Below, one piece after another: positions 39,201-51,400 of a DNA stretch of 64,000 bases (its first letter is position 1; each line of letters starts with the position of its first letter). A program made the position numbers and the translations under genes. Below the pieces are notes generated by a model, which was not told the origin of the DNA, searched no databases, and was given only the letters and a program-made list of their open reading frames with translations. Origin of the DNA: a virus; the IMG/VR virus record IMGVR_UViG_3300036398_002819, positions 5,067-69,066 of that record, one strand, 5' to 3'.

Positions 39201-42200
39201 ATTTTGTATGAAAAATGATCCAATCAAATCTCCATAATTGTCAGTTACTAGTCTAATGTCTTTTACAAAAGCAATAGCGTTACTTGTTGCTCCAATTATG
39301 ATTGAACCTGCCTTTATAAACCCAGAATAATCTCCTGATGCTTCTTCCGAAAGAGCAAAAGTATCTACATTTAATATTGGAGTTGAAGAACTGTATTGAG
39401 AGGGTAAAGATGTATCTCTTTGATATGGGTTTACTTGAAATGTCTGTGTAGGATTGTTGTGAGGACCAAACTTATGATTTGGTGCAGCAAGTCTAAATGT
39501 TAAAATAGGATCAGAAATATTAATATCTCTAGCAAAAACATAAACAACTTCTCCAACTCTAAAAGAACCGTCTGTACCTGGATTTAATAGATTTCTATCA
39601 CTAGTAACTTCTATTAATTTTGGTACAATATCAATTGTACTTAAACCATCAAAAAATGGATAATATCTTGTAAATGATTTTAAGTTAGAAACTGAAAACT
39701 CAACATTTCTAGATCTAATATATTCTTCTAAATTACTTTCAACAAATGCTCTCTCTGTACTACTTGACTCTGAAGAATCTGAAGATGTGAAAGATTCAGA
39801 TCTTGCAGGACGAGCATCACTTAAACTGAGACTTGTAAATGTATCAACAGAGGTGAGAGACCCAGTATTACCACCGCCACTAGTTCTTGCTCCAGAAGTA
39901 TTATCAACACGATTTAACGTTAATCTTTCAGTTGTAACTTGACTTTGCAAATTTAAAGAATTATTTTGAACAATAACTCTATCAGGAAGTTCAACAGTTC
40001 TAATCCAGGTATCTCTAGTTGGATTTAACTTAATATCTCCAACATATTGTATAACATGGAATGGATTTACGTTATTGACTCTAGTTGCCAATGATTGCTC
40101 TATCCAAGGAATTTCATCATAATCTAAAGTGACTATTCTACCTCTTTTTTTAGTACGTACATCAGTTAAAACAAAATCTGTTGATAAATCTAAAGATTCG
40201 TTAGATATTGAATCAGTTGGAATTAACAAATTTTTTAAAGTATTTCTAGATTTTAAAGGTATTAACTCATTGTTTTCCTCATCTCTTTGCGACAAAGATA
40301 ATGATAAATTTATAAATGAATCATCCTTTAAAGAGTCTGCAAAAAATCCTGTTTTAAATCTATCAATACCATCAGCATCTTTGATTTGCAATGTCTGAGT
40401 TTGCAATTCTAATAATGATAAAGAAGTTACTCTTTCCAAATTTTCTACTCTATTTTCAATTTTTCCAATATCCTTCATAGTATATCTTTTATTCTCTACC
40501 ATAGTAACTTTAGCGTCACTAGGATCGTACAAATATGGAGGTAAATTTATTGATGCAATTTCTAATAATTCATCAGAAACTAAAGGTTCTGATGGTTTTA
40601 AAGATGAAACACCTTTTTTAATTGTAAATGCACCAAGACTGTCTAAACAAATCTTATCAATTCTACCCAAATATACGTTATATGATATCAAAGATGCTTC
40701 ATTTGGTGTAATAATAACTTTTATAGAATTATCAAAATTTCTAGAAGAAAAACTAAAGGGTGATGATAAATTTCCACTAAAATATGAAACTCTTGGTCTA
40801 AAATCTAAAGTATCTGAAGATCTAATATTTAAATATCCAATTTTTGGAATATCTTTATTATAAGATTCAGAAGGATAACTTAAAATTGTGAATACATCTC
40901 CAATATCTGTTGAAGGAACATCAAAATAATCAAAAACAACTTTTAATCTTCTTGATGGTTCTGGTTGATTATTATTTCTTATTAACCTTGAATAATCGCA
41001 AAACTCATTTCTGTGTCCTTTATCAAGTTTAAATGCATAGGTAATATTTTTATATTTACCAAATGCAATTGATTCTATTGGTGCTGATATATTTGAAGAT
41101 TCAAATGTTACATCTTCTCCAATTTCAAATTTATTTGCGTTTAAGTATATAAATTCTACAGTGTTTGATGATTTTCCAACAATTCTTCCTATAGCATTAC
41201 TATTGGATCCTATTATATTTTCTCCAATTATGGAATTTGCATTAACACTATATAATGAAGAAAAATTCAAAGAATCGAAAGATGGAGATCCTTCATCTAA
41301 TGATTCATAAACAGCTAAAACATTAGTTACATCTGGATATCTTAAACATATTTCATTATCTTGAACTCTAAGACCATAATATTGATTATAAGTTAATCCA
41401 TCACCAATTGAAGAACTTGTATTTATTCCAGACTGGGGATACTTTGAAAGATTTACTTCTAAAATGTTGCTTTTTTTATAAATTTTTGTTTTACTTTGAA
41501 TACCTGTTTTTATAAAAGTTCCATTTACTAAGGCAAGAGTTTTATTTTGTATACCAGTAAATGTAATTGTAGTATAATCAATATTAAAACTTACTTGATC
41601 ATATCTTAATCTTTCTGTTGTACCATCGCTATAATGTATTGAATATTTTTCTACATCAAAGGTATCAAATTTTACTGCACCATAATTTTGAGGTAATGTA
41701 AAATCAGCAGTTGATAAACTTAGTGAATTGTTTGTTACTGTTGTATTAAGTATTGCTTGTGAACAAAAAGTTAGTTGAGATGTAGACAAGTCTACACTTT
41801 CTATATTTGTATTTGGTAATACTGAATACAAATAAGAAGAATTTTGATTGAGTATTTTTGATGTTCCACTTACAAGTCTAACTTTTACATCAGAGCTTGG
41901 CAACGCACCATCACATACTCCTTGAATTGTGGTAATACCAGCAACTGTAAATGATAATTGATTGGGAGATATACTAGTTACTACATTATATGTTTCCGTA
42001 CTAAATCCAGATATAGAATATTTTATAATTGCTCCAGTAGTAATTCCACTAACTGGTTTATTTACTGGAGTTACCAAACCAGAAGAACTTATAGTAACTT
42101 CATCTAAAGTACTAAATCCTGGTGGAACAACTGAAGAAAGTTCTGCATCTGCAATAAAATCTACGCTAGATGAAGGATCATTTTGATAAACTGATTTAAT

Positions 42201-43829
42201 ATCAGATTCTTTATATTCCTTTACATTTGCAATTGATCTTGATATTGATGTAACACCATTTATAATTAAGGATTCATTCTTTAAAAATTTTCCAGATATT
42301 TGTCTAACACTAATATCTTTGTCCGTTGATCCTGAATTTACAACATATCCAATTGCACCACTACTGCTACCAGTTACTATAGATGATGCTGGTAATTCTG
42401 ATGATGATATAGAATTATTTAATGTAAGTATTGTATAGAATTGTGGATCATAAAAATATAAATCCCACAATGAACTGGAACTAGAATATGGAGAATCTGT
42501 TAATCTAAAACAATAAACTCTAGCTTCTCCTACTTTAATTCCCTGTGGTGTAGATAAATCATTATTTCTTCTTTGATCGTAAAAAGATACTACAGAACGA
42601 TTAATTGGAGCTCCATAGACATTATTAACTCTTATAATATTTCCCATTGTAAATGGGACGACAACATTGGAAATTTTTTCTACATCTCTTGGTTTGTCTA
42701 CATCTAATATAGTAGTTCCTACTTTTGTAATATCATATCCTTTGACATATGCTTTTCCTGGGTCAATGGATATACACATTATGTCATCATTTGGTGTATT
42801 TCCTTCGTTAGTAAATTCATTACTTAAAAATAATCCATTATTTCCTAATAAATTATTTAAAGAATTATTTACTGAAACTTTAAAAGGAGTAACAGTATAA
42901 TTGCCAGATTCATCGTAAGTTCTTTCTGCAATATAGTCTTTAATTTTATTATAATCTGTTTGAGTTTGTAATTTTTTCAAAAAACCATCTTCAACTCTCA
43001 TTAATTCTATAAAATCAGTATCATTTTCATTATTAGTTAATGGTTTTTTTACTAATGTTAATTTTAAACTAAATCTATCTGCTCCAGGGGCTGCAAAATT
43101 AGTAAATCCTTTAGCGTTGTCATAAAGCGAAGAGTCTTCTTTTGCAGTTACTACAGATTCAGATACTCTAAAACCAACTCTATAAGATGGAGTGTTTGTA
43201 TAATAATCTAAAATTAAAGTTTGTTTTGATACATTAACAAAAAATCCTCTAACAAAATAAGCACCATTATCTACAGATGCTGAAGAACCAACAGCAGTAG
43301 CGTTTTCTGAAATCAAAGATGCAAATGCTACACCATCAGCAATAACTACATTATTAATTCCATATGAAATTGGTTGTGTTGATAATAAAGATTCTCCGTC
43401 ACTAAAACTAGATCTATCAAATTCAGAATTAGAGTCTAAGTATTTTACATATAATGTAATATATTCTACTTCTTCATTATTTGGAAAAACAACTTGTTTT
43501 ACTACAGCACTAACACCAGACACCTCTCCTCTAATAACTGACCCTACATACTTTTCAATATATAAGGATATATCAACACCAAAAGAAAATTGATTTAATT
43601 TAACGGCACAATAATCTTGATCATAAGAAATTCCTGATACTAATGGAGATCCTTCTTTAATATAATTACTTCCAAAAGTTTCTATTTGATTTTGTAATAT
43701 AGCCTGAACAGTGTTTAATTCTCTAGCTTGTACTGGTTTTCCTGGTTTGAATAAAACTTTATAAAAGTTTTTGTTCGCATCAAAGTCATCAAAATATGGA
43801 TTTACGTTGAGATTAGTTTTTTGTGCCAT
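36249..43829 (-). CDS. Large VrlC-like (DUF4815) virion/baseplate protein
   Basis: NVNPYFDDF...FKPG.PVQARELN..Q, APGADR, RTYDESGNY, DPLAQSF, GSLFKSQNGS.W. Confidence 0.9.
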   Translation of the reverse strand: MAQKTNLNVNPYFDDFDANKNFYKVLFKPGKPVQARELNTVQAILQNQIETFGSNYIKEGSPLVSGISYDQDYCAVKLNQFSFGVDISLYIEKYVGSVIRGEVSGVSAVVKQVVFPNNEEVEYITLYVKYLDSNSEFDRSSFSDGESLLSTQPISYGINNVVIADGVAFASLISENATAVGSSASVDNGAYFVRGFFVNVSKQTLILDYYTNTPSYRVGFRVSESVVTAKEDSSLYDNAKGFTNFAAPGADRFSLKLTLVKKPLTNNENDTDFIELMRVEDGFLKKLQTQTDYNKIKDYIAERTYDESGNYTVTPFKVSVNNSLNNLLGNNGLFLSNEFTNEGNTPNDDIMCISIDPGKAYVKGYDITKVGTTILDVDKPRDVEKISNVVVPFTMGNIIRVNNVYGAPINRSVVSFYDQRRNNDLSTPQGIKVGEARVYCFRLTDSPYSSSSSLWDLYFYDPQFYTILTLNNSISSSELPASSIVTGSSSGAIGYVVNSGSTDKDISVRQISGKFLKNESLIINGVTSISRSIANVKEYKESDIKSVYQNDPSSSVDFIADAELSSVVPPGFSTLDEVTISSSGLVTPVNKPVSGITTGAIIKYSISGFSTETYNVVTSISPNQLSFTVAGITTIQGVCDGALPSSDVKVRLVSGTSKILNQNSSYLYSVLPNTNIESVDLSTSQLTFCSQAILNTTVTNNSLSLSTADFTLPQNYGAVKFDTFDVEKYSIHYSDGTTERLRYDQVSFNIDYTTITFTGIQNKTLALVNGTFIKTGIQSKTKIYKKSNILEVNLSKYPQSGINTSSSIGDGLTYNQYYGLRVQDNEICLRYPDVTNVLAVYESLDEGSPSFDSLNFSSLYSVNANSIIGENIIGSNSNAIGRIVGKSSNTVEFIYLNANKFEIGEDVTFESSNISAPIESIAFGKYKNITYAFKLDKGHRNEFCDYSRLIRNNNQPEPSRRLKVVFDYFDVPSTDIGDVFTILSYPSESYNKDIPKIGYLNIRSSDTLDFRPRVSYFSGNLSSPFSFSSRNFDNSIKVIITPNEASLISYNVYLGRIDKICLDSLGAFTIKKGVSSLKPSEPLVSDELLEIASINLPPYLYDPSDAKVTMVENKRYTMKDIGKIENRVENLERVTSLSLLELQTQTLQIKDADGIDRFKTGFFADSLKDDSFINLSLSLSQRDEENNELIPLKSRNTLKNLLIPTDSISNESLDLSTDFVLTDVRTKKRGRIVTLDYDEIPWIEQSLATRVNNVNPFHVIQYVGDIKLNPTRDTWIRTVELPDRVIVQNNSLNLQSQVTTERLTLNRVDNTSGARTSGGGNTGSLTSVDTFTSLSLSDARPARSESFTSSDSSESSSTERAFVESNLEEYIRSRNVEFSVSNLKSFTRYYPFFDGLSTIDIVPKLIEVTSDRNLLNPGTDGSFRVGEVVYVFARDINISDPILTFRLAAPNHKFGPHNNPTQTFQVNPYQRDTSLPSQYSSSTPILNVDTFALSEEASGDYSGFIKAGSIIIGATSNAIAFVKDIRLVTDNYGDLIGSFFIQNPNNIPAPISRFKTGTKSFRLSSSPTNQNGLLNNSDVSSAETTYTAEGSVQSYQNIVRISRVNVSLTTSNNIMSRTLTETRSESITSINLPPPVVNNITNTTNNITNNNITNTTNVTNVTNVTRNVRNITRNFITYEIRTDPLAQSFLVGNGRGLNSFFDDANGVFLTSIDLFFAKKDSNNAPVTVQIRPVDDTPSLVVIGDSVTLRPDQINVSSDASIATKVTFPYPIFLAPNQEYSIVLLAPQSDQYEVWCARMGEKTVNTANLPDSESVRYTRQFAIGSLFKSQNGSIWSADQYEDMKFKLYKAKFNTSEGIAYFQNPTLNKNNTYIRKLVSNPIRTLPRKLRVGIHTIHDSGTITGILTAGRKVSENIDTYRYAYIVGTGSSVVNVAITTGGNNYPSGISTVQTFNINGNGTGLQLQVTAGSSGSVSSVSILNPGSGYSVGDVVGIVTSTVTGTSNSAKGTDAQITISSANEYSVDTLYLTNAQANGFTIGSGSKIEYFNNLGSRTPIAIATITSSSQYGGEFYNGSYFKVDHFTHGMYAANNVVQITGVFPNTAGARLTSTMSITDSSLNIPSGDVSKFKTFEGANVSPTYPGYILINNEILEYTAITESGTITVSERSIDNTISLEHQSGSLVYKYELSGVSLRRINNIKHNIVDNSIDLDSYYIQIDRGGLIDDQNIGESRTSDNGTYPLLSFNEETSVGSNSVYASENIVYDTIIPHYDIGLPGESTKVRGLIRTISGTSASGNEESFVDLGYEPIELNVPNKLNSLRLIASKVNSDTYLGNMPRNKSMTTAIVMSTTNYNLSPIIFLDTTFTEYDSCRLNRPISDFASDGRVNGIIEDPHAATYISKVIRLTQPSNTLKIFLSAYRHSSADIRVLYSLIRPSSEQSNSSFNLFPGYNNLTSDNNLDGYLDVIDESKNDGLPDIFVPDSLDNQFLEYQYTAANVGPFIGFTIKIIMSGTRQDKYPRLKDIRAIALG
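38810..38925. repeat. Asn/Thr-rich low-complexity tract including 9-bp tagtaacat x3
   Basis: Encodes VVNNITNTTNNITNNNITNTTNVTNVTNVTRNVRNITRN. Confidence 0.8.
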
Positions 43830-43831
43830 TT

Positions 43832-45421
43832 TTAAAATTCTAGAATAATTTTAATATCTTCTTTTTGTCTAGAGTTCCTTTGTATTAAAGGTCTATTGTC
43901 TAGGTAAATAATATCTCCAGATGTTTTATTTATTTCAGGATTTGCCATGCCTCCAACAATACTAACATCTAATGATATTACTTTATTTTGAAATGTTGTT
44001 GTTATTCCAGTAAAAGAAGAATCTATTGAAGCAATAAAATTAGAACTGAGCCCCTTAATATTTCCAGATCCCACACTGGTACTAAATTGTAAAGTTGCAT
44101 TACCTATTGAACTAACTCCAACATAATCTGTCTGATCATATAAACTGGGATTATAATAAAGAGAACGATCTCTAAAATATTTTAAAACATTTGTATCTTT
44201 ATCAAATGATGCAACATAAGCAACAGATTTTGACCCATCTGACAATACTTGTTCTATTTTTTCTCCAATTTGTGGGTACTGTTGATTAGTTAATATTATT
44301 TTTAAAGATCCTAAAGCAGAAAATCTATCATCAGTATATAAATCAGTCGAACTATATTCTGTAGGATTTTTTATTATTCCTATCTCACAAAATTTAGTAT
44401 CTGTGGGAAAATCTTTTACAGAATCATCAAATCTGGAATATAATAAAACTTTATCAGCTCCTAGTTCTGAATACAAATCATATCCATGACCCTTTGACGG
44501 TGGTATAATTGGAATTAGTTTTGCAGGATTTATAAGAGTATCTGATGACTGTAAAGGACCAAGATCTACCATTGCATAAGAATAACCACTTCCTCCTACA
44601 GTTACAGTTGTGTTTATAATTTCACCTTCTTCATTGGTTTCAATAAATACTCTTCCACCAGATCCATCCCCTACTATATTGACCTCTCCTGTATAATATC
44701 CAGAACCAGGATTATCAATATAAACAAATTTTATTTGATTATTATTGATAGTAGAATCGCCATTTTCTCTTACTGATACTATTTGAGGAAGAGTAGATGT
44801 AGACCAATTATTTGGTATAGGAATAAATTCGGTAGAATCAAATTTAATTATATCTCCTGGCGGAACAGTAAATAAATACTTCCAAACATAACCATCACCA
44901 CTAACTCCAGCTTTTGATGGTTCTAAATCTGTAAATAGTGGTTGATCTTGAGATTGATTTCCAGTAGAATTTATTCCAGTCGATCCATTACTTATACATA
45001 TATAAACTTGGTATTCACTGTTCATTACATAATAGTTTGAATCATATAATCTACTTCTATCTGTCACTCCAGTAGTATTTGAAACACTATAATCATGACG
45101 ATACATGTCATATTTTACACCTTGACGCCATTCTATTTTTCTAATACATCTTCTTACATTTTCCGAGACAACTCTTTTTCCATATAACATAGTATTGCCA
45201 TAATGTGGCAAATAATCAAAATTATCAGTTGGATTAGGTAAAACTGCATTTTGTGGATTTATTAAATCTGGTCCATCCCAATTTACATCTCTACCAAATC
45301 CCGGTGTATTGGGATTTGGTAGTCCAACAAAAATATAATAATAATCTTCTGCATTACTTATAGAATTGACAAAATTTGTCGTATTTATAATTCTAAATTG
45401 ATCTGTAACAAAAGCCGCCAT
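43832..45421 (-). CDS. gp8: Baseplate wedge subunit (T4 gp8)
   Basis: YDMYRHDY, YYVMNSEYQVYIC, DGYVWKYLFT, PSKGHG, SGDIIYLDNR..I.R...QKEDIKIILEF. Confidence 0.93.
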   Translation of the reverse strand: MAAFVTDQFRIINTTNFVNSISNAEDYYYIFVGLPNPNTPGFGRDVNWDGPDLINPQNAVLPNPTDNFDYLPHYGNTMLYGKRVVSENVRRCIRKIEWRQGVKYDMYRHDYSVSNTTGVTDRSRLYDSNYYVMNSEYQVYICISNGSTGINSTGNQSQDQPLFTDLEPSKAGVSGDGYVWKYLFTVPPGDIIKFDSTEFIPIPNNWSTSTLPQIVSVRENGDSTINNNQIKFVYIDNPGSGYYTGEVNIVGDGSGGRVFIETNEEGEIINTTVTVGGSGYSYAMVDLGPLQSSDTLINPAKLIPIIPPSKGHGYDLYSELGADKVLLYSRFDDSVKDFPTDTKFCEIGIIKNPTEYSSTDLYTDDRFSALGSLKIILTNQQYPQIGEKIEQVLSDGSKSVAYVASFDKDTNVLKYFRDRSLYYNPSLYDQTDYVGVSSIGNATLQFSTSVGSGNIKGLSSNFIASIDSSFTGITTTFQNKVISLDVSIVGGMANPEINKTSGDIIYLDNRPLIQRNSRQKEDIKIILEF

Positions 45422-45447
45422 TTTGATAGATTTTTTTACTATTTATA

Positions 45448-48400
45448 TTATGTTATTAAATCTTTTTTAAGAGCACCAGTATTTCTTAATCCATATCCTC
45501 TTCTTTGAATTGTTGGATATGTGGATAAACCAGAAGAAACATTATAAGAACTAATTGCTATAGATACTGGATTTGATGATCTACTAAATCCACTAATTTT
45601 TCCCCAAGAGAATTTGCCAATTTGCAATCCAGTTGTTGCAATTCCAACAATATTTGTTTCATTTGATACATTGCAACTAATTACCCTAGAAACATTGTTA
45701 AGATTTTGTATTCTATGAACATAGTAAATATTATCCAAATATTGTGTTGAAATACCTATTTTTATGTTTTCTGAACTATCAATAGAAGTAACACCACTAC
45801 CAACTTTAGTATCAAAAACATAAATTGGATAACCAGTTTGTAATCCAGTATATTGATTGTTTGAAGTTTTTATTTCAAAAGTTATTGCTAAAGAAGTTCC
45901 AATACCTGCAGTAGTTCCAATACCAATTATAGATCCAGAAAAACCTTCAAAGACGTTTGCTCCTGTTATTTTTTCTGTCATAAATTTAGGATTACTGACC
46001 AATACCTGAGGTGGATTTGTATTAGTGTAACCAAATCCAGAATTTACTACGGATGCATTTTGTAATGAACCATTATTTACATTTATAGATAAGACAGCAG
46101 TTGTACCTACACCAACTCCAATTCCATAATATGGGTTTGAAATTTTAATAGTTGGTGCTTCAGTATATCCAAATCCAGGATTTACTATTGAAAGAGATTG
46201 TATAGTACCTGCTGAAGATACTATAGCTGTTACTATACCAGATAAAATAGATTCATACGAAGGTACTATGAGAATATCTGCTTTTTCTATTGGAAATTCT
46301 TCTTCATAGTTAAAAATAGAAATGTCATCAACAAATAATTGAGTATCTGTTGATGTAAAATCTTTAATTATCTTTGAAGTTGGATAAACTTGAGGTTCTA
46401 TTGAATCTCTAGATTTTGAATATACAATATCATTTATTCTTAAGTCTTCTTTTTGTTTAATCCAGAATAAAGGTTTATAATTTTGATCATCAATGCCTTG
46501 CTCTGAATATATGTTGGTTTCCATTAAATCTGCAGATGGGAAATTAAATACTGTTCTTGTATTTTGAGTAACTGTGTTATTTAAATTGCCATTATTACTA
46601 TAAATTTGTACAGTATCACCTATTTTAATTGTTTCATTAACTTCAATTCTTCTAGAATCTTGATTTCTTGTTCCAGCATAATAATATATTTCAACTAAAT
46701 CATTTTCTTTTGGTGGAGATGTAAATCTTACTACAGAACCTCCATTGAATTCATATGAAATTTTAGGTTCTTGTAATATTCCATTTATGAAAATTACAAG
46801 TAAAGAATCAAAATCTATAAGTAGAGAATCTGGATTTTCTTGATTTTTTTGGAAACTTAAAAGTTCTCCATTATAATATAATGGATAATTTTGCCTCTTT
46901 CCATCTTGGAATCTTTTTATAGAATCTAACAAGTTAATCTCACCAAATTGCCATGAAGCAAAAGAATCATTATATATTTCTAAAACAAATAATCTAAATT
47001 CTTCAATAGGACTATTAAATCCTTTTGCAGTAACTAATCCAACGGGAGTAAATACATCTCCTCTTCTAAAATTATAACCAGGTCTAGTAATTTTAAAAGA
47101 TCTGACTTGGAATAAAGTAGTACCAATACCAACTAAGTTATTATTATCTTCAAAGTAATATCCAAAATCAAAATTTATATTTGTAAATGCTACAGAATTC
47201 AATGATGATTTGTTTAAGTATACAGTACCAATTCCTATTGATTTTATTCTTGTGCCAGTTCCAATAACACTAGGAATAATTTTAATTGTATTTCCAATTC
47301 CAAGATTACTGGTATTAATTCCGGTAATTATTGTAGATGTTATACCTATGTTTCCAGTTTTTGAGTAATTTATATTAAAGAATGTATTATTTGGATTATC
47401 TTTAGGTCCTACTTCAACATTCATTAATAGACCAATACCCGTATCAGTTGTATTACCAATACCAAGTCTAGAAACACCTTTTATTGATAGATTTTCATAA
47501 TTTGGTGTTGGTATTTTGATTATAGGATCTACATAATTTGTACCACCATTAATTATATTAAACGATAGAATTCCACCATCGTTGACTGTGGCAGTTATTT
47601 GAGCTCCACTACCAACCATAGATCCAACACCAACACTAATAGTATTTTCGGTATAAGAAATAATTGATGTAGGTATTCCAGCAATAGGATCTGTTGCTCT
47701 AGGGTATGCAATTTGATTAGTGTAATTATCAGACGAACAAGAAAATACTATAGATTCAGTATCAATGGTAATTTGATCACTTGTTGTTAAACCATGATCT
47801 TTAATTGTTAACGTTAAAATGCCTGTAGATGGACTATAAACTGCATATGAAGGGGTAAAAGAATCTCCAGAAGGATATTCTTGTACAGAATCTTGTTGAG
47901 AACTTACAAATTTATGAACATAATTTGCAGCATCATCTGATACCTCAACATTAATTTGTCCTCTGTATCCAGAACCAAATGATAATGTTTCATACCATGG
48001 ATATATTGTTCCATAACCAACATAATAACCAGAAACAGTACTAGTTCCTACTTGAATTGAGAAAGAAGTTGTTCCAACACCAACAACATTAAAAGAATAA
48101 TCGTCATTTGGGAAATATGAAACTATACCAGGATTAGATGAATAAGTAAATCCAAGTCCAACGAGTTTTACTTGATTTACTCCTCTAAGTGGATATGTAG
48201 ATGGAGTATATACATTCATTATTCCTGTTATATTATTATAGGAAATAGTTGTAAATCCTATTTTACTTCCAGTTGTTGCAATTCCAACAATTCCTGAAAT
48301 CGAACCGTTGTTATTTAAAACCGCTCTTACATTAGCACCAACAAGAGGAGCATATCCTAAACCAGAAGTTGAACCAAGAGAAACAATTATTCCACCTCTT

Positions 48401-51400
48401 GGAATTTGATTTTTGTTGACATCCGCTTCTGAAATGGTGATATTGTCCAGTTCATCTCTAATTCCACTAAAAACTACGCTACTGATACCAAGAGTTGTAT
48501 TTTCAACAATTCTAAAATTATAATTAGTAATATTTTCCGTAAGTGGTGTTTGATAAATTCCATTAATTAATACAAATCCATTACCAGCAGTTGTACCAAG
48601 TCCAACTGTAGAAATACCTTGACGTTTCAAACTAAATGTTTGGGCAATACCAGTAAACTCTTCTGAAACATCATCAAAAATAAGATTAGTACTATAATCT
48701 TGTCTTAAAAACACTCTTCCTGTAAATTTTGCCCTTGCTCTAGGTAAATTTCTTTCATCATTAGTAACTAAATCAAAAACGTTACCTCTGGGGGGTTGTG
48801 TAAAATAAATTTGATCTTCGGATATATTATATGATCCTCTATACAGGTAAACGGGTGTTCCATCTGAATGTGTTGTTGCTGATGACCCAACAAATCCCCT
48901 CTCAACTTCAACAATATTTTTATCTCCACTATAAAATAATATTGGTCCTGTATTACTTGTTCCAATACCAACATTTAAAACTTTCATGTATTCATTGTCA
49001 ATTTTAAGTAAATCAGTTGGTTTTACTGAACTTATTCCACTTAAAGTAAAGAATGTATTTGCTACTCCTATTTGCCCATTATTTCCCGAAAGATAATGAG
49101 TTACGTTTGAATAACGTATTGGATATTGTATTAAATTATTAAGAGTAATTATAGTTTTTTCATTTTTCTTTTCCATTTCAAACATGTGAGCATTACCCTC
49201 TCCCAAATTTGTAAAAACGACTCCTATACCAGATAAAGAATTTTGTTTATTAGAAGCTACTTTAAAATGATCATTATCAATCTTTATAGCATAAACTGTT
49301 GAAGGAAGTTTATTAGTAGAAATTCCATTTTCATCAACAGATGAAACTATTCCCATAGAACTTTGACCAACACCAATGTAAGTTGATTTTGGTTTGTAAA
49401 ATAGTTTTTCTCCAGTGCTAAAGAAATGATTTGGAATTGTAAAAGTTCCTGTCTGGGAATTTAAAATATTTGAATCATTTGGATTAAAAGTTTTTGCAAA
49501 AATTGGATCATCTTTATAATATAATTTGAAATTAAGTCTATTGATTGATTTGGAATTTAAACCAATATATTTTGATACACCAAGGTCTTCATAAAGAGGT
49601 TTAATGTCCAAAGGTAAAGTACTATTAATTTCATCTAAAAATGTATAAAATACTTCATTATAATATTTAATTGAAATGTTTGATCCAACAAATCTTGCTT
49701 CTGGATAAAAATTGATATCAATTGTATCTGAATTTAATTTAGCACCAAAAGTTCCTATACCAATATTGTCGTCTGATAAAATCATTGGATATTCTACAAA
49801 ATTACAATTTTGAGAATCTTGAATAAGTGCTAACTGATGTAATGAAAATGTATTACCGATACTAACATTAACAATAGATTTAATAGTAGAAAATAAATCT
49901 CTATCATAACTTACAATTGTTGATGCTGAAGAAACTACAATAGTATTAGAATCATAAATTACAGAACGTTCAGATTCATCTAACTGAAGGGAAGATTTGA
50001 ATCTATATTTTTCCGAATTACTTGTATTATTAAATGCAATTGTTTTTATACTAACAGTTATGTCAGAGTCTAAAATTTTGTTAAGACAATTTAAACTAAC
50101 AGTTCCATTAGAAACCGTCAAACCAAAAGATCCTATTGTTCCATAACTATCGGGTGCATCTTGAGAATTAAAATAATAATCAGAATAGTAAACATTTTGT
50201 ACATCATTTATTGCATATAGTTCAACATATTCAGTATCAAATGTGTTTTGATTAAAAATATGAATTTCTGAATAAAATGCACTATAATTTGATGATGATA
50301 ATGAAAGAATTGTACTAGTTGTATTTTTTGTTATGTTTAATACTTTATTTAATATATTAGAAGAACCTATTACTTTTGATGATTCTGCAGGTAATGATGT
50401 GGAAAATTCACTTTTTAAAATCTTAATTTCATAATCTATATCATAAGGATTTTCTGGTATAAATTCAATATAATAATTTCTAGATTCATCTATAGATGGA
50501 ACTATATCAACAAATTTAGTGTCTTTATTCGACAAACTATTTTTTTCGAGATAATATACTTGATCCTTTTTCTTTATTGCAATGAATTCTGTAAATTGTA
50601 ATTGATTTACATCATTAATTGAGGATGATTTTATTTGTATTCTAAATTTAGTGCAAAGTTGCCTTGGAGAAAGCACTGATATTATTTTTCTTAATGATTT
50701 TTGATCATCATCAGAACTTGAAAATTCGCCACTAATATCATCAATTTGCAAAACTCTGTTTGTATTAGATTCAAAATAATCTATTAATTTTAAATTTTTA
50801 AATTTTATTAAATTTGATTTATTATTAAAAATATTAAAGTCTTTTGTTAGATCAAAATTTTTAATAACATCAACTCTAGATTGTGAAATATAACTTGTAA
50901 TTATATCAACATAAGATTCCGTGCTTATTCCCGCAGTAACTATTCCAATAGAAGATATTTGAGTATCTGCGAAATTTTTTGTACCTATTGCATGTACTGT
51001 AGAATTTACAACTGGAGATATTTCGTTCCAAGTTTTTACACTTTTTATGGTGTATGATAAATTTTGGTAATAGTCATTATCTGGAATAAGTTGAAGATCA
51101 TTACTAGTTTGTCCAGTTTCCTTTTCCCATCCAAAAGATTTTTCATTTATTCCACTAGTAACAAAAGAAGAATTTAAATAATTTAAACTTTGAATTGTTG
51201 CTTTATAACCTTTTGAAGATCCTAAAATAACATCTCCTACAGATAATTTATATTTTCCAATATACTTTATATGATTCTTTTTAGATTTAGTTATTATTAA
51301 ATCTGTTTTTACAATACTACCATCGTCATTTACTACTGAAAGATTTTCTCCAATAGAAAAAATTGCATATTCTTGTTCGGAAGAAAATATTGGATAATTT